This document shows positions 1 through 10,262 of a DNA stretch of 64,000 bases, piece after piece. Below the pieces are notes generated by a model, which had not been told where the DNA came from, searched no databases, and saw only the letters and a program-made list of their open reading frames with translations. Positions within the stretch are counted from its first letter, which is position 1. Every line of letters begins with the position of its first letter. This DNA is from Pseudomonadota bacterium (lineage in GTDB: Bacteria; Pseudomonadota; Gammaproteobacteria; Pseudomonadales; Pseudohongiellaceae), in the NCBI GenBank assembly GCA_027592275.1, contig JAQCKF010000010.1:12972-76971 (forward strand), given 5' to 3'. The translations under genes were made by a program, and so were the position numbers.

Positions 1-525
1 TGCAGGATAGTAAATATATTCTGCGTAGGCGATCCAACGACCGGCCATGGCAACCATGATCCACAAAAATAGTGAAAGCAGGGCGATTCCTCTCGCGCTC
101 CACAGGCGTTTGGAGCTGGATTCCCAATAGCCTTCTTGTCGTCTGCTCATTAAATGGAAAAACAGCGTAACCAGAATGGCGGGGATTAGGAAGCTTACCT
201 TCCAGCCAAAAACTGGATTATTGAAATATCTCAGCGGCCTGCCAAATAGGAAGAAGGAGCCGGAAATGAGATTCGACGCCAAGGCCCACCATAGCCAGGG
301 CATCAACCTGTTGGTCATCTCAGAGATTTTTTGACTAGGAACGGCTAAGCCTAATATGCGCAGATCGAGCAGGACCACACTGCCCATTACCACGGCGATG
401 CCGAGGATATGCACGGTCTGAATGATCGGTGGAAACCCTGGGATCGTGCTCAGCGCCCAAAGAGCGCCCGACTGCAAGAAACTGCCGTCTAGCAAGGTAC
501 CGATACTAGTGAAGAAATCGGGCAA
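1..525 (-). CDS. hypothetical multi-pass membrane protein (C-terminus beyond left edge)
   Basis: Not in ORF track because it runs off the window edge. The reverse strand is open from TTG at 525 (GAAGG 7-8 nt upstream; in-frame stop at 562-564) to position 1. Translation LPDFFTSIGTLLDGSF...HILGIAVVMGSVVLLDLRILGL...WIMVAMAGRWIAY has several hydrophobic helices. Family not recognised. Confidence 0.45.
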   Translation of the reverse strand, partial: MPDFFTSIGTLLDGSFLQSGALWALSTIPGFPPIIQTVHILGIAVVMGSVVLLDLRILGLAVPSQKISEMTNRLMPWLWWALASNLISGSFFLFGRPLRYFNNPVFGWKVSFLIPAILVTLFFHLMSRRQEGYWESSSKRLWSARGIALLSLFLWIMVAMAGRWIAYAEYIYYPA

Positions 526-568
526 GTTAAGACCTTCATTATTCTTATTATGATTTGGAGTTTATCGG

Positions 569-2248
569 CTAAAGATACTTATCCGTTACCGCTCCTTCCG
601 AAGCCGAGGCAACAGAGGCTGCGAACTTCGCCAGCACTCCCCGATTATAACGAGCAGCCGGTTTCTGCCACTTCGCTAGCCTTGCAGCGATCTCTTCATC
701 GCTAAGGTCTATTTTGACCTCGTTAGTTTCAGCATCGATAGAGATTTTATCGCCAGTCTGCACAATAGCGATAGGTCCGCCTTCTATAGCCTCTGGCGTG
801 ACATGACCCACCACAAAGCCGTGGCTGCCGCCAGAGAACCGACCGTCTGTAATCAGAGCGATATCTTCGCCGAGGCCTTTGCCCATGATGGCTGAAGTTG
901 GGCTTAGCATCTCGCGCATGCCTGGTGCGCCCTTTGGTCCTTCGTAGCGAATAACGAGTACATCACCTTTGACCACCGTGCCGTCTAGGACGCCTTTGAG
1001 GCATTCTTCCTCTGACTCGAAGACCCGAGCGTAGCCAGTGAAGCTTAGGCCTTCCTTGCCGGTGATCTTAGCCACTGCTCCGGTCGGCGCTAAATTTCCT
1101 TTTAATATAACAAGATGGCTATCTTTCTTAATGGGATTGTCGAAGGGGCGAATGATGTCTTGTCCCTCCGGGTAGGGCTCTACAGTCGCAAGGTTTTCTG
1201 CCATTGTCTTGCCTGTTACTGTCAGGCAGCTTCCATCCAGCATGCCGGCGTCCAGCATGCGCTTCATTAGTGGCTGAATGCCGCCAATTTTGATGAGCTC
1301 CGACATAAGGTATTTGCCGCTGGGTTTAAGATCCGCCAGCATCGGTGTCTTCTTACCAATGCGGGTAAAATCGTCGAGTTCCAGGTGAACGCCCATGGTG
1401 TGAGCCATAGCGAGCAGGTGCAGGACCGCATTGGTAGAGCCGCCAAGCGCGATAACTACTTTGATGGCGTTCTCGAATGCTGAGCGGGTCATGATGTCTG
1501 AAGGTTTAATATCATGCTCAATCAGGTGCATGATCGCCTTGCCTGCATCTAGACAGTCTGTGACTTTCTCTTGCGAGATTGCATCCTGTGCCGAGCTGTT
1601 GGGCAGGCTCATGCCTAGCGCTTCTATTGCTGAGGCCATAGTATTCGCGGTGTACATGCCGCCGCAGGAGCCTGGCCCTGGGATGGCAGTTTCCTCAATA
1701 TTCTTCAGTTCGATGTCGGAAACCTTGCCGGCAGAGTGCTCGCCAACGGCCTCGAAGACAGACACGATATTCGTGTGGTTGGGGCCTGGTTGGATAGTGC
1801 CACCGTAGATAAATAGTGAGGGGCGGTTCAGACGGGACATTCCCATCAATAGGCCGGGCATATTCTTGTCGCAACCGCCGATGGTGATAATGCCATCGTG
1901 ACCCATACATCCAGAGACGGTCTCCACGGAGTCGGCAATGACTTCGCGGGAGACGAGCGAGTACTTCATGCCCTCTGTTCCCATGGATATGCCGTCGGAT
2001 ATGGTTATGCAGTTGTAGATGATTCCCTTGCCGCCAGCTCTATCGGTGCCTTTGTTCACGTGTTCAGCAAGCTTATTGATATGCATGTTGCACGGAGTGA
2101 CCATGCTCCAGGTTGAGGCGATGCCGATCTGTGGTTTCTTGAAATCCGCATCGTCGAAGCCAACGGCTCGCAGCATAGCTCGGCTCGGGGCCTGAGCAAC
2201 ACCATCAACTACAATCTTAGAATACTTTCGTAAGTCTTTGTTACTCAT
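569..2248 (-). CDS. ilvD: dihydroxy-acid dehydratase
   Basis: 559-aa ORF with IlvD/Edd hallmarks GGCDKNMPG and [12 protein letters not shown]. Full-length similarity to short-form IlvD. Confidence 0.97.
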   Translation of the reverse strand: MSNKDLRKYSKIVVDGVAQAPSRAMLRAVGFDDADFKKPQIGIASTWSMVTPCNMHINKLAEHVNKGTDRAGGKGIIYNCITISDGISMGTEGMKYSLVSREVIADSVETVSGCMGHDGIITIGGCDKNMPGLLMGMSRLNRPSLFIYGGTIQPGPNHTNIVSVFEAVGEHSAGKVSDIELKNIEETAIPGPGSCGGMYTANTMASAIEALGMSLPNSSAQDAISQEKVTDCLDAGKAIMHLIEHDIKPSDIMTRSAFENAIKVVIALGGSTNAVLHLLAMAHTMGVHLELDDFTRIGKKTPMLADLKPSGKYLMSELIKIGGIQPLMKRMLDAGMLDGSCLTVTGKTMAENLATVEPYPEGQDIIRPFDNPIKKDSHLVILKGNLAPTGAVAKITGKEGLSFTGYARVFESEEECLKGVLDGTVVKGDVLVIRYEGPKGAPGMREMLSPTSAIMGKGLGEDIALITDGRFSGGSHGFVVGHVTPEAIEGGPIAIVQTGDKISIDAETNEVKIDLSDEEIAARLAKWQKPAARYNRGVLAKFAASVASASEGAVTDKYL

Positions 2249-2906
2249 TAATAATCCAGAAAAATATAACTTTGATTTATAAATTCTATTTAAGCATCTA
2301 CAGGCATGTTTAGCAGAGGATTATTAGTCACTCCAATGCCCTAGAGGCGGCTAATATACACCAGCAGAGGGTTCATCGCATTCCCATTTGATGGGCTGGG
2401 GATCGAATCATTAGTGACCTTGTTCAAATGAAGGTATACACCCAGGTATGACCTCTCTTGGCGACACACATAGGCGCTATCTTAGATTAACTCCAACACA
2501 CTAGCGCCCCAGGGCGCTCGAGGCTGAACAGAAGGTATTGAAGCGCTAATGTCATGTGCTTTTGCCCTAAAAGGAAAGGAGTGTCCTAGGCTTCGAAATG
2601 AAGCTGAATACGAGATTCTAAGCGGCGCAGCGATTGCTTCACAAGTGCCTGTTTTCTCTGACGCTAGGCGGCAGTTAACTCAGTGGGTAGAATTTTGAGT
2701 AGCTACTGGGTATTTCTAGAAATATTTAATTTACTTTAAAAACAATTAATTAAGAGATTTTCATATAATTAACATTAATTTTCCTGTGCTGTCATTTATA
2801 AATGATAGCGTCCGAAAACGGCCAGTATTTGTAGGTGGAAGGAGTATGCTTGCTGTCATTGTTTAACTCTTTTAGTTCCTTATTTGGAACGCTGAACCGC
2901 ACCGAA

Positions 2907-4385
2907 ATGACAGCTTTAATCAATACTGATGAATTTGAGAATGCGCGTCGCAGTAGAGACCCTCGCTTCGATGGCCGCTTCTTCATTGGCGTGCTCAGGA
3001 CGGGTATCTACTGCCGTCCAATTTGTCCTGCTCGAATTCCTAAGAAAGAGAATGTGCAGCTCTATCGGAGTGCTGCGAGTGCGTTTGAGGCTGGTTTTCG
3101 CCCCTGTTTGCGCTGCCGCCCGGAATCTTCGCCGGGAACGCCCGCGTGGATAGGCGCTCCTTACAAAGTTTCGAAAGCCCTTCACCTAATTGCGAGAGGG
3201 AGCCTCGACCGGTCTTCGGTGAATGAGCTTGCAGAACAGCTCAGTATAGGCCCGCGTCAGTTGAGCAGGTTGTTTCAGCAATATGTGGGTGCATCACCGA
3301 TAGCGGTAGCGCAGACACAGCGGCTACATTTCGCGAAGAAGCTTCTCGATGAAACGAGTTTGCCTTTATCGGAGGTCTGTTTTGCGGCCGGTTTTGGAAG
3401 TGTGCGTCGCTTCAATGCCGTTTTTCAGTCCACCTATGCTAGATCGCCTAAGGAATTACGCAAAGGTGTGCGAGGTACGAAGCAAGCGAAGGGTGAGGGT
3501 ATACGTGTTCGGCTTTCTTATCGCCCGCCCCTAGACTGGAAATCTATGCTTGCCTATCTCGAGTATAGAAAAATCCCTGGAGTCGAATACATCGACCTTG
3601 AACAGAATGCCTACCATAGAACAATTGCGATTGATGAAAGTGTTGGCGATATCTGTGCACAATTTTCTGAGACCGAGCATAGTGTGATGCTACAGATAAA
3701 TTTTCCTGATACGCGCCATTTGTACCATATTGTTGAGAAGGTGCGTCTGCTATTCGATCTGAAGGCGGATAGCGAGGAGATTGAGCGGTTTTTTAGGAAT
3801 GATCCACAATTTAAAAAGGTAGTTAAGAAAAATCCAGGCACGCGCGTAACTGGTTGCTGGGATGGTTTGGAAGTTACGGTGCGTGCGATTCTTGGTCAAC
3901 AAGTCACGGTGAAAGCGGCGACCACTCTTGCAGGAAGAGTGGCGCAGCGGTATGGCGAGAACTACAGCGGCTCCTCTGCTCATTTAACTCGCGTTTTCCC
4001 CAGCGCAGAAAAACTCGCCAACGCAGACCTGAATGGAATGGGAATAGTGGGGCAGCGTATTGCAGCAATTAAAGCTGTCGCTGCGAAGATAGCGACGGGT
4101 GAGCTTGTCTTTGATGGGGTGCTTGAAACAGACGAATTTGTTCGCCAGCTGTGTGAAATAAAAGGAATCGGCGATTGGACCGCGCATAACGTAGCGCTGC
4201 GAGTGTTAAGCGACCCAGATGCCTTCCCCTACTCGGATCTGATATTACGACGCGCCGCAACAAACAATCAGGAAACGCTAACGCCGAAAGCACTGCTAAA
4301 ATTGGCAGAGCTATGGCGACCTTGGCGCGCTTACGCCGTAATTTTTTTGTGGAAGCACTATCAACAAATCGTTCGTGATAAGTGA
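2907..4385 (+). CDS. alkA: bifunctional Ada-N (methylphosphotriester methyltransferase / AraC-type regulator) fused to DNA-3-methyladenine glycosylase II
   Basis: Ada zinc-Cys motif FFIGVLRTGIYCRPICPAR...GFRPCLRCRP, then an AraC HTH (SIGPRQLSRLFQQYVGASP), then AlkA_N plus an HhH-GPD domain (IKGIGDWTAHNVALR). Start moved from GTG 2835 to ATG 2907 (MTALINTDEF...), which matches Ada N-termini. Confidence 0.9.
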   Translation: MTALINTDEFENARRSRDPRFDGRFFIGVLRTGIYCRPICPARIPKKENVQLYRSAASAFEAGFRPCLRCRPESSPGTPAWIGAPYKVSKALHLIARGSLDRSSVNELAEQLSIGPRQLSRLFQQYVGASPIAVAQTQRLHFAKKLLDETSLPLSEVCFAAGFGSVRRFNAVFQSTYARSPKELRKGVRGTKQAKGEGIRVRLSYRPPLDWKSMLAYLEYRKIPGVEYIDLEQNAYHRTIAIDESVGDICAQFSETEHSVMLQINFPDTRHLYHIVEKVRLLFDLKADSEEIERFFRNDPQFKKVVKKNPGTRVTGCWDGLEVTVRAILGQQVTVKAATTLAGRVAQRYGENYSGSSAHLTRVFPSAEKLANADLNGMGIVGQRIAAIKAVAAKIATGELVFDGVLETDEFVRQLCEIKGIGDWTAHNVALRVLSDPDAFPYSDLILRRAATNNQETLTPKALLKLAELWRPWRAYAVIFLWKHYQQIVRDK

Positions 4386-4425
4386 GCTTGCTAGCTCGGA
4401 CTAATTGCAAATTAAGGAACCTAAC

Positions 4426-4926
4426 ATGACTACGTTCTATCACTATCACACTACATCCATAGGAGAGTTACTCTTAGCTGGCAATGGAAGTCATCTATCC
4501 TTGCTCGGTTTTCCGAGTGGAAAAATGCAGCGGCGACACGAATCTGATTGGGCGCAAGATGGGTCTCCCTTCGTTGAGGCCTGTGTTCAATTGGATGCTT
4601 ATTTCGCAGGAGAGTTGAAAGAGTTCGATCTAGCGCTACTGCCTAAAGGCACACCCTTTCAAGAATCGGTGTGGCGCGCGCTGACTGAAATTCCGTACGG
4701 TGAAACATGTAGCTATGGCCAGCTCGCCACAAACATTGGGAAACCCAAGGCTTCGCGGGCAGTGGGAGCCGCGAATGGAGTGAATCCCATTCCTGTCATT
4801 ATTCCCTGTCATAGAGTGATAGGCGCCTCTGGCAAGCTCACCGGCTTTGGTGGAGGGATAGAGACCAAGCAGTTCTTGCTTGAGCTAGAGTCGGGGCAGA
4901 TTGCGCCACGCCTCAACTTCGCTTAG
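4426..4926 (+). CDS. ogt: methylated-DNA--protein-cysteine methyltransferase
   Basis: Active-site motif IPCHRVIG. ATG 4426 is preceded by AAGGA; the track start TTG 4405 is less likely. Lies directly downstream of the ada-alkA fusion. Confidence 0.9.
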   Translation: MTTFYHYHTTSIGELLLAGNGSHLSLLGFPSGKMQRRHESDWAQDGSPFVEACVQLDAYFAGELKEFDLALLPKGTPFQESVWRALTEIPYGETCSYGQLATNIGKPKASRAVGAANGVNPIPVIIPCHRVIGASGKLTGFGGGIETKQFLLELESGQIAPRLNFA

Positions 4927-5081
4927 GCCTCGAGTAGCTTGCCGGAAGAGGAACTTTAGGGTTAAACCTTTGTCTAGATAACTCAAGAAGCAAGCGGTTC
5001 TCTGCGCGCGGCCGCGCCTATCTGGCAGTCGCGTGATAGGAGCAATGCTACAGTAGGTAAGGGCCGACGAAGAGCGTATGG

Positions 5082-6146
5082 ATGGAATATGCCGATGACA
5101 TAGCCTTGGGAGATTTCACCTCGGTAGATCTCGGCGATCTTGTTGATAAGGACGACTATTCCGGGCGAGGACAGCGAGCCGCGAGGACGTTTTCTGGATT
5201 TCAGCTGAGTTTCGCGGTCTCAGCGTTCCTTCATGTTGCGCTTGTATCGACGTTGTTTTATTTTGTCGCGAGTGATGTTGCAACGATCGAAGAGCTTGTT
5301 CCCGCTTTGCTTAAAGTGGAATTCGTTCTGTTCAATCCCTTGCTAAGCCAGACTGAAGAAAATACTCCCCGGATTCCTTCTGAGAGTGCTGCTCCAATAC
5401 CCTTTGCAGAATCTTCTTCGGCATTGCCAGTGTCTGAGTCTCAGCCTGAGAGTAATCAGGCAGATGTTCCTGAGATCGGCGAATCTGAAATAGCGGAAGC
5501 GGCGCCAGCGGGAAGTTCTGTTGTGAATTCACAGCCGCCGCTGGAGGCGGTCATCTTACCCTCGGTGGAGACGGTGCGGCGTGTGTTAAGTAATTTACAG
5601 CGCAGTGATGCTTCACGCCTTTATACCTATAACTGCAACAAGTTAGAAGAAGAGAGCGAGTTTAGCGATTGCGCTTCAACTGATGCTAGAGACTATTCCG
5701 CCCTGACTCGAAACCCTGTCTATGACTTTCATAATCCCGCGATCGAAATTAGTCGATCTAGGGAAACAGTCAGCACGCTCGCTAGGCAGAGTGCTAATGT
5801 TTTCAAACAGCTCGCTTTGAGTGATATGCCGATAGGTCTTTCGAGCTATGTACTGGAGGAGTTAGAGCAGGGTATTGAAACCTATTCCAATAATTCCTCA
5901 CGCGCTTTAGGCCACATGAATACGATGGTCGATAAGAGCGCAGCTGGCGTTATGGGAAGAAGATTATTCGATAGTTGGGTGCAACAACAATCGGCGCTGT
6001 TGCTGAGCAGGAGAGTTGAGAATCGCAGTGATCGTGAGTTCAGAGAAAAATGTAGAAGCTATGAGAAATTTATTATGGCGCCTGCAAATTTTGCTCGCTG
6101 TCTTGCGATTGGAGAGAGCCCCTTTGGATTTACTGTTGGATTCTGA
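5082..6146 (+). CDS. hypothetical single-pass membrane protein with Pro/Ser/Glu-rich linker
   Basis: 354-aa ORF with one N-proximal TM helix (FQLSFAVSAFLHVALVSTLFYFVA), a low-complexity acidic/Pro linker and an unrecognised C-terminal domain. Confidence 0.6.
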   Translation: MEYADDIALGDFTSVDLGDLVDKDDYSGRGQRAARTFSGFQLSFAVSAFLHVALVSTLFYFVASDVATIEELVPALLKVEFVLFNPLLSQTEENTPRIPSESAAPIPFAESSSALPVSESQPESNQADVPEIGESEIAEAAPAGSSVVNSQPPLEAVILPSVETVRRVLSNLQRSDASRLYTYNCNKLEEESEFSDCASTDARDYSALTRNPVYDFHNPAIEISRSRETVSTLARQSANVFKQLALSDMPIGLSSYVLEELEQGIETYSNNSSRALGHMNTMVDKSAAGVMGRRLFDSWVQQQSALLLSRRVENRSDREFREKCRSYEKFIMAPANFARCLAIGESPFGFTVGF

Positions 6147-6323
6147 TCTGGAATATTCAGCTGAGTTAGTTGTACGTTATTGTGAGTCGAAAAAACTAGG
6201 AATAATTCTCTCTAGCGCTATATAATGCGTGCACTTTTCCTCGGGAGCTCATCCAATGAAATTTTCCATCCTCTCCAGAGCAAAGGCCTGATCCTCAGAT
6301 TGCGTGCCCGCTAAAGTAGTTCT

Positions 6324-6349
6324 GTACTCTTCATTTGGGAGTACTTTTT
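6324..6349 (+). terminator. intrinsic terminator-like hairpin (GTACTC-9nt-GAGTAC + T5)
   Basis: Stem 6324-6329/6339-6344 followed by TTTTT at 6345-6349. Lies about 180 nt after the stop of the 5082..6146 ORF. Confidence 0.5.
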
Positions 6350-6530
6350 AGTACCACAGTATTCACCCAATTCATTAATTCGGTCCTTTTCTGGCTGGAC
6401 TATCCTTGTGGTAGCCGTTATTCGAGCAACTGATTATTGCGGTTAGCAAATTTCAGATCTGTCGTACGGCTCCCATTTTCTTCGCATTAAATATTTTTGC
6501 TGTACCGAACCATTAGTTTCGTGGAATAGA

Positions 6531-7934
6531 ATGACATTACAGAAAATCAAAAACGGATGGGCTCTTTTCAAGCAAGCCGTCGCGGGTGATGGTGAAATAG
6601 ACTACACCCAAGGTTCCATAGGCCGGGTCACAATAATGCTAGCGATCCCTATGATTCTAGAGATGGCAATGGAGTCCGTCTTCGCGGTGGTTGATATCTT
6701 TTTTGTTGCTGGCCTGGGAACCCCAGCAGTGGCGACAGTGGGTCTTACAGAGGCGATGATCACATTGCTCTATGCTATAGCTATTGGCTTAAGTATGGGC
6801 ACCACCGCCCTGATCGCGCGTCGCATTGGAGAGAAAAATACCGATGCAGCTTCACTCGTTGCGGGGCAGGCTATTTGGATTGGAGCGCTAGTGTCTGTTG
6901 TAGTGGGTCTAGTTGGTATTTTTTACGCGAAGAACATTCTTATGCTGATGGGCGCCGATGAGGCGGTGCTAGCCACAGGTGAATCCTATACCCGGATCAT
7001 GTTCGGCAGTTGCTTCACTATCGTGTTCCTGTTCCTGATTAATGCAATATTTCGAGGAGCGGGCGATGCGAGTTTAGCTATGCGCGCCCTCACACTTGCG
7101 AACTGTATCAACATAGTGCTCGACCCCTGTCTAATTTATGGCTATGGACCGTTCCCAGAACTTGGTATAGAAGGGGCTGCAATAGCCACGAATATTGGAC
7201 GCGGCGTTGGCGTTCTTTATGGACTGTACTATCTGTGCGGTGGCGGGGGGAGGATTCGCCTGCGTTTTACGAATCTTGTTTTGCAGATGCCGGTAATTGT
7301 CGCATTGCTGCGCATCTCCATAGGTGGTGTGTCTCAGTTTTTAGTGTCCACTGCTAGCTGGGTTTTCCTTATGCAAATAGTTTCCGGTTTTGGGAGCGCC
7401 GCCGTTGCTGGCTACACTATTGGGGTGCGTATCGTAATGTTCAGCATTCTACCGGTTTGGGGATTGAGCAATGCTGCCGTAACTCTGGTTGGGCAGAATT
7501 TGGGAGCGGGGCGGCCGGACCGAGCTGAGGCTTCGGTATGGCATATAGTTAAATACAACGCGATGTATATGGGCTTTGCCTCGTTAATGATGCTGCTGTT
7601 TACCCATCCCATCGTAGGATTGTTTACAAATGAGCCAGCAGTTGTCGAATACGCAGTCCAGTGTCTGACGATCTTTGCCTTTGCTTTTGTAGCATGGGGT
7701 GCCGGCATGGCTCTCATTCAGGCCTTCAACGGAGCGGGCGATACGATAACGCCCACTTGGATCAATGTGCTCTGCTTCTGGGTTGTCCAGGTGCCGCTTG
7801 CCTATTTTCTGGCTCTTGGTTTGGGCTTAGGGCCAGTTGGAGTCTTTTGGGCCGTATTTGCGTCAGATATCCTCACTGGTATAGTAGGCTACCTTGTTTT
7901 CCGACGTGGGACATGGAAAGAGAGAATAGTGTAA
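6531..7934 (+). CDS. MATE family efflux transporter
   Basis: 467 aa, about 12 predicted TM helices. N-terminal pattern IPMILEMAMESVFAVVDIFFV is typical of NorM/DinF-type MATE proteins. Confidence 0.9.
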   Translation: MTLQKIKNGWALFKQAVAGDGEIDYTQGSIGRVTIMLAIPMILEMAMESVFAVVDIFFVAGLGTPAVATVGLTEAMITLLYAIAIGLSMGTTALIARRIGEKNTDAASLVAGQAIWIGALVSVVVGLVGIFYAKNILMLMGADEAVLATGESYTRIMFGSCFTIVFLFLINAIFRGAGDASLAMRALTLANCINIVLDPCLIYGYGPFPELGIEGAAIATNIGRGVGVLYGLYYLCGGGGRIRLRFTNLVLQMPVIVALLRISIGGVSQFLVSTASWVFLMQIVSGFGSAAVAGYTIGVRIVMFSILPVWGLSNAAVTLVGQNLGAGRPDRAEASVWHIVKYNAMYMGFASLMMLLFTHPIVGLFTNEPAVVEYAVQCLTIFAFAFVAWGAGMALIQAFNGAGDTITPTWINVLCFWVVQVPLAYFLALGLGLGPVGVFWAVFASDILTGIVGYLVFRRGTWKERIV

Positions 7935-8000
7935 TGGGTTCAAGATTTTATCCTGTGCGTAATTTTAGACTCCAGCCCTCGTCGTCACCGAATAGAGATT

Positions 8001-8972
8001 ATGCAAAGTAGTCAGCAGCAAATAATTTCCCAAGTTGAATCATGGCTTAACAGTAAACGGCCGGTTTGGCTGTGCACTATCTTGAAGACCTGGGGCTCCT
8101 CGCCTAGGCCCATCGGGGCAATGATGGCATGTACCATGGATGGCGAGCTGGTGGGCTCAATTTCTGGTGGCTGTATAGAAGAGGATTTCTTGGAACAACT
8201 TCGCGATGGAAGTCTGAAGGCGCAGTATGACAAAGAGTCCAAGCCCTTCACTGTTAAGTACGGAGTGACGGTGGAAGAGCAGACTAGGCTAAAACTTCCC
8301 TGCGGTGGCCAGCTCCATGTTCTGCTGGAATACATAGATAGCAACGAGCGGAATTGCGAGGTGTTTAAGCGCCTAGCAGGAGATTTGGAAAACCACAGTA
8401 AAGTTAGTCGTCTAGTAGACCTAACTAATGGCGCTATTTCGGCTGAAGCTCAAAGTAGCGAAGAGGCGGTAGTCATTGATGGCGCGCAGATGACTCATAG
8501 CCTTAGTCCTATGTATCGATTGCTAATACTAGGAGCGGGTGATGTGGCGAAATTTGTTGCCGAAATGGCAATTGCCTTGGAATATGACGTTATGTTGTGT
8601 GACCCGCGCCCGAATTATTTGGATAATTGGGCTGTGCCAGGCGTAGAGACAACGGCGCAGCTGCCTGACGATGTTGTGCGAGAGCGTTTTAGCAACCCCT
8701 ACAGCGGCATAATCGCGCTCGCTCACGATCCTAGAGTAGATGATATGGCTTTGATGGAGGCATTGAAGACGAATGCATTCTATATCGGGGCAATGGGTTC
8801 GGTTAAAACTTCAGCTGCACGACGAGAGAGATTGCCTGAGCTTGGGCTAAGCTCTGATGAGATCGACCGTTTGCACGCGCCTATCGGAATTCAAATTAAC
8901 AGTAAAACACCGGCGGAGATTGCTATCTCCGTGATGGCTGAAATAACGTCCGTCAGATACCAGAAAAAGTAA
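8001..8972 (+). CDS. XdhC/CoxI family molybdoenzyme maturation protein
   Basis: N-terminal XdhC_CoxI-like region plus a Rossmann-like LLILGAGDVAKFVAEMA...CDPRP and C-terminal APIGIQINSKTPAEIAISVMAEI. Confidence 0.85.
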   Translation: MQSSQQQIISQVESWLNSKRPVWLCTILKTWGSSPRPIGAMMACTMDGELVGSISGGCIEEDFLEQLRDGSLKAQYDKESKPFTVKYGVTVEEQTRLKLPCGGQLHVLLEYIDSNERNCEVFKRLAGDLENHSKVSRLVDLTNGAISAEAQSSEEAVVIDGAQMTHSLSPMYRLLILGAGDVAKFVAEMAIALEYDVMLCDPRPNYLDNWAVPGVETTAQLPDDVVRERFSNPYSGIIALAHDPRVDDMALMEALKTNAFYIGAMGSVKTSAARRERLPELGLSSDEIDRLHAPIGIQINSKTPAEIAISVMAEITSVRYQKK

Positions 8973-9002
8973 GAGGCTGGGAGCGAGTATTTTTTATGCA
9001 TT

Positions 9003-9030
9003 AAAAAAGGTAGCCGAAGCTACCTTTTTT
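9003..9030. terminator. bidirectional intrinsic terminator
   Basis: A6-GGTAGC-CGAA-GCTACC-T6 between convergent genes. Perfect 6-bp GC-containing stem with a tetraloop, flanked by A and T runs. Confidence 0.8.
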
Positions 9031-9052
9031 GTGTGCGGCTTTCTGAACTTTA

Positions 9053-10069
9053 TTATTCGATAGCGCGCTCAATACCTTCTCTGGCCATCGCTTCGAGCCT
9101 TCTAGCGCCAGCTAGAATTCCGATGATGCCATAATTTCCCTCGTGGCAGGCATATTCATAGACCGGTTCATCCATGCGTGATAATGGATAAGCTCCTGAC
9201 CACTGAGCGCTATAGACAGTGGGATCATCTACAGTGAACCCGTAAACGATCTTGTTGTTCGCGTCGCGTCTGAACGTCTCGATTACCGTAAGGTTCTCTG
9301 TGGATGCGCCGCGATAGTTGATCCAGGGGTTGTAGTTCTTGGTCTCTACAATAAGCGTATCGCCTTCCCAGCGACCGATGGAGTCACCCATCCATTTTTG
9401 ATGTACTTCAGCCGCAGGGCTTCTTTCGTTGGCAATCTTGATGATTCTAGCGTCGTGTGCCATCTCCACAATAATGTTTACATAGCCGGGCGACTGCACG
9501 ATTTGCATGTGGCTGTTGTACATTACTGGCGTCATAACAGGTCCGGAGGAATAACCGAAAGCTACGAGGCAGCGCTCACCTAAGCCTCTACCTTCTGGGC
9601 CTGCGTTTCTATCCGGCAGATTCGCTCGTACCTCCTCCATGCGCTCGCGGAAACCGTCTACTCTCTCTGGAATCCGGCCGTTAGGAGGGTCGATGATCGC
9701 TGAAGTGCGAAACTCGCCATCGATAGTAGGTAAGAACATGCCGCGATCGGTCCAAAAAAGATCATAGTTTCCCACGGATGGCAGGGCTTCGAGCTTGGGA
9801 GCGGGGCGGTTCGGGTCTAATGGTTCATTGTCTTGTTCAACCGCTTGTTGCGCGCTCTGCTCGAGCTGCTTTGCCTCTTCTTCCGTGTAGGCTCGCTTAG
9901 TACCCAGTTCGCGAGGTCGCTCGAAGGGCATCACAGTGGCGTTCTTCCAGTTCCCTTGTAGATCTGGGGCCCCCCATTCGGTGTAAGTAGTTTGGTATTC
10001 CTGCCCAAGGCTCACGCCTGTTAGGGTGAGTGTAATGGCGGCTGATAGTATCGAAAGTCGCAGCTTCAT
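9053..10069 (-). CDS. hypothetical secreted protein
   Basis: ATG 10069 is preceded by GGAG and gives the signal peptide MKLRLSILSAAITLTLTGVSLG. C-terminal motif YEYACHEGNYG. Family not recognised. The track start TTG 10087 is less likely. Confidence 0.7.
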   Translation of the reverse strand: MKLRLSILSAAITLTLTGVSLGQEYQTTYTEWGAPDLQGNWKNATVMPFERPRELGTKRAYTEEEAKQLEQSAQQAVEQDNEPLDPNRPAPKLEALPSVGNYDLFWTDRGMFLPTIDGEFRTSAIIDPPNGRIPERVDGFRERMEEVRANLPDRNAGPEGRGLGERCLVAFGYSSGPVMTPVMYNSHMQIVQSPGYVNIIVEMAHDARIIKIANERSPAAEVHQKWMGDSIGRWEGDTLIVETKNYNPWINYRGASTENLTVIETFRRDANNKIVYGFTVDDPTVYSAQWSGAYPLSRMDEPVYEYACHEGNYGIIGILAGARRLEAMAREGIERAIE

Positions 10070-10262
10070 GCCGGTCTCCAAATTCAAGTTATTTATGAAG
10101 TTGTTGTTATAAACTATTGTTATTTATATAATAATAATAAAATTAATTACATCACTATGCTTAATTATAAAACAGCTAAGGGGAATCTGCCGTCATGAAT
10201 TGTGACAATTTTTCTAGTCGTGAAATCGACTCCGCCTGAGCGATGCTGGCGTAAACACATCG

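Noticed and set aside
1431-2116. Several 70-125-aa ORFs on both strands within ilvD (and similar shadow ORFs inside nrdA, metG, the DUF349 gene, rnfC/D, ccmF and others)
   Set aside because: These are shadow ORFs inside confidently identified genes. Their compositions are those of antisense or off-frame translation.
2385-2425. tRNA-like T-loop sequence GGGGATCGAATCA
   Set aside because: The flanks do not pair to form a T-arm, and no acceptor, D or anticodon arms can be drawn. It is not a tRNA or a recognisable tRNA remnant.
5008-5019. GC palindrome GCGCGGCCGCGC after ogt, considered as a terminator
   Set aside because: It is self-complementary with no loop or U-tail. It is probably just a NotI-type palindrome.
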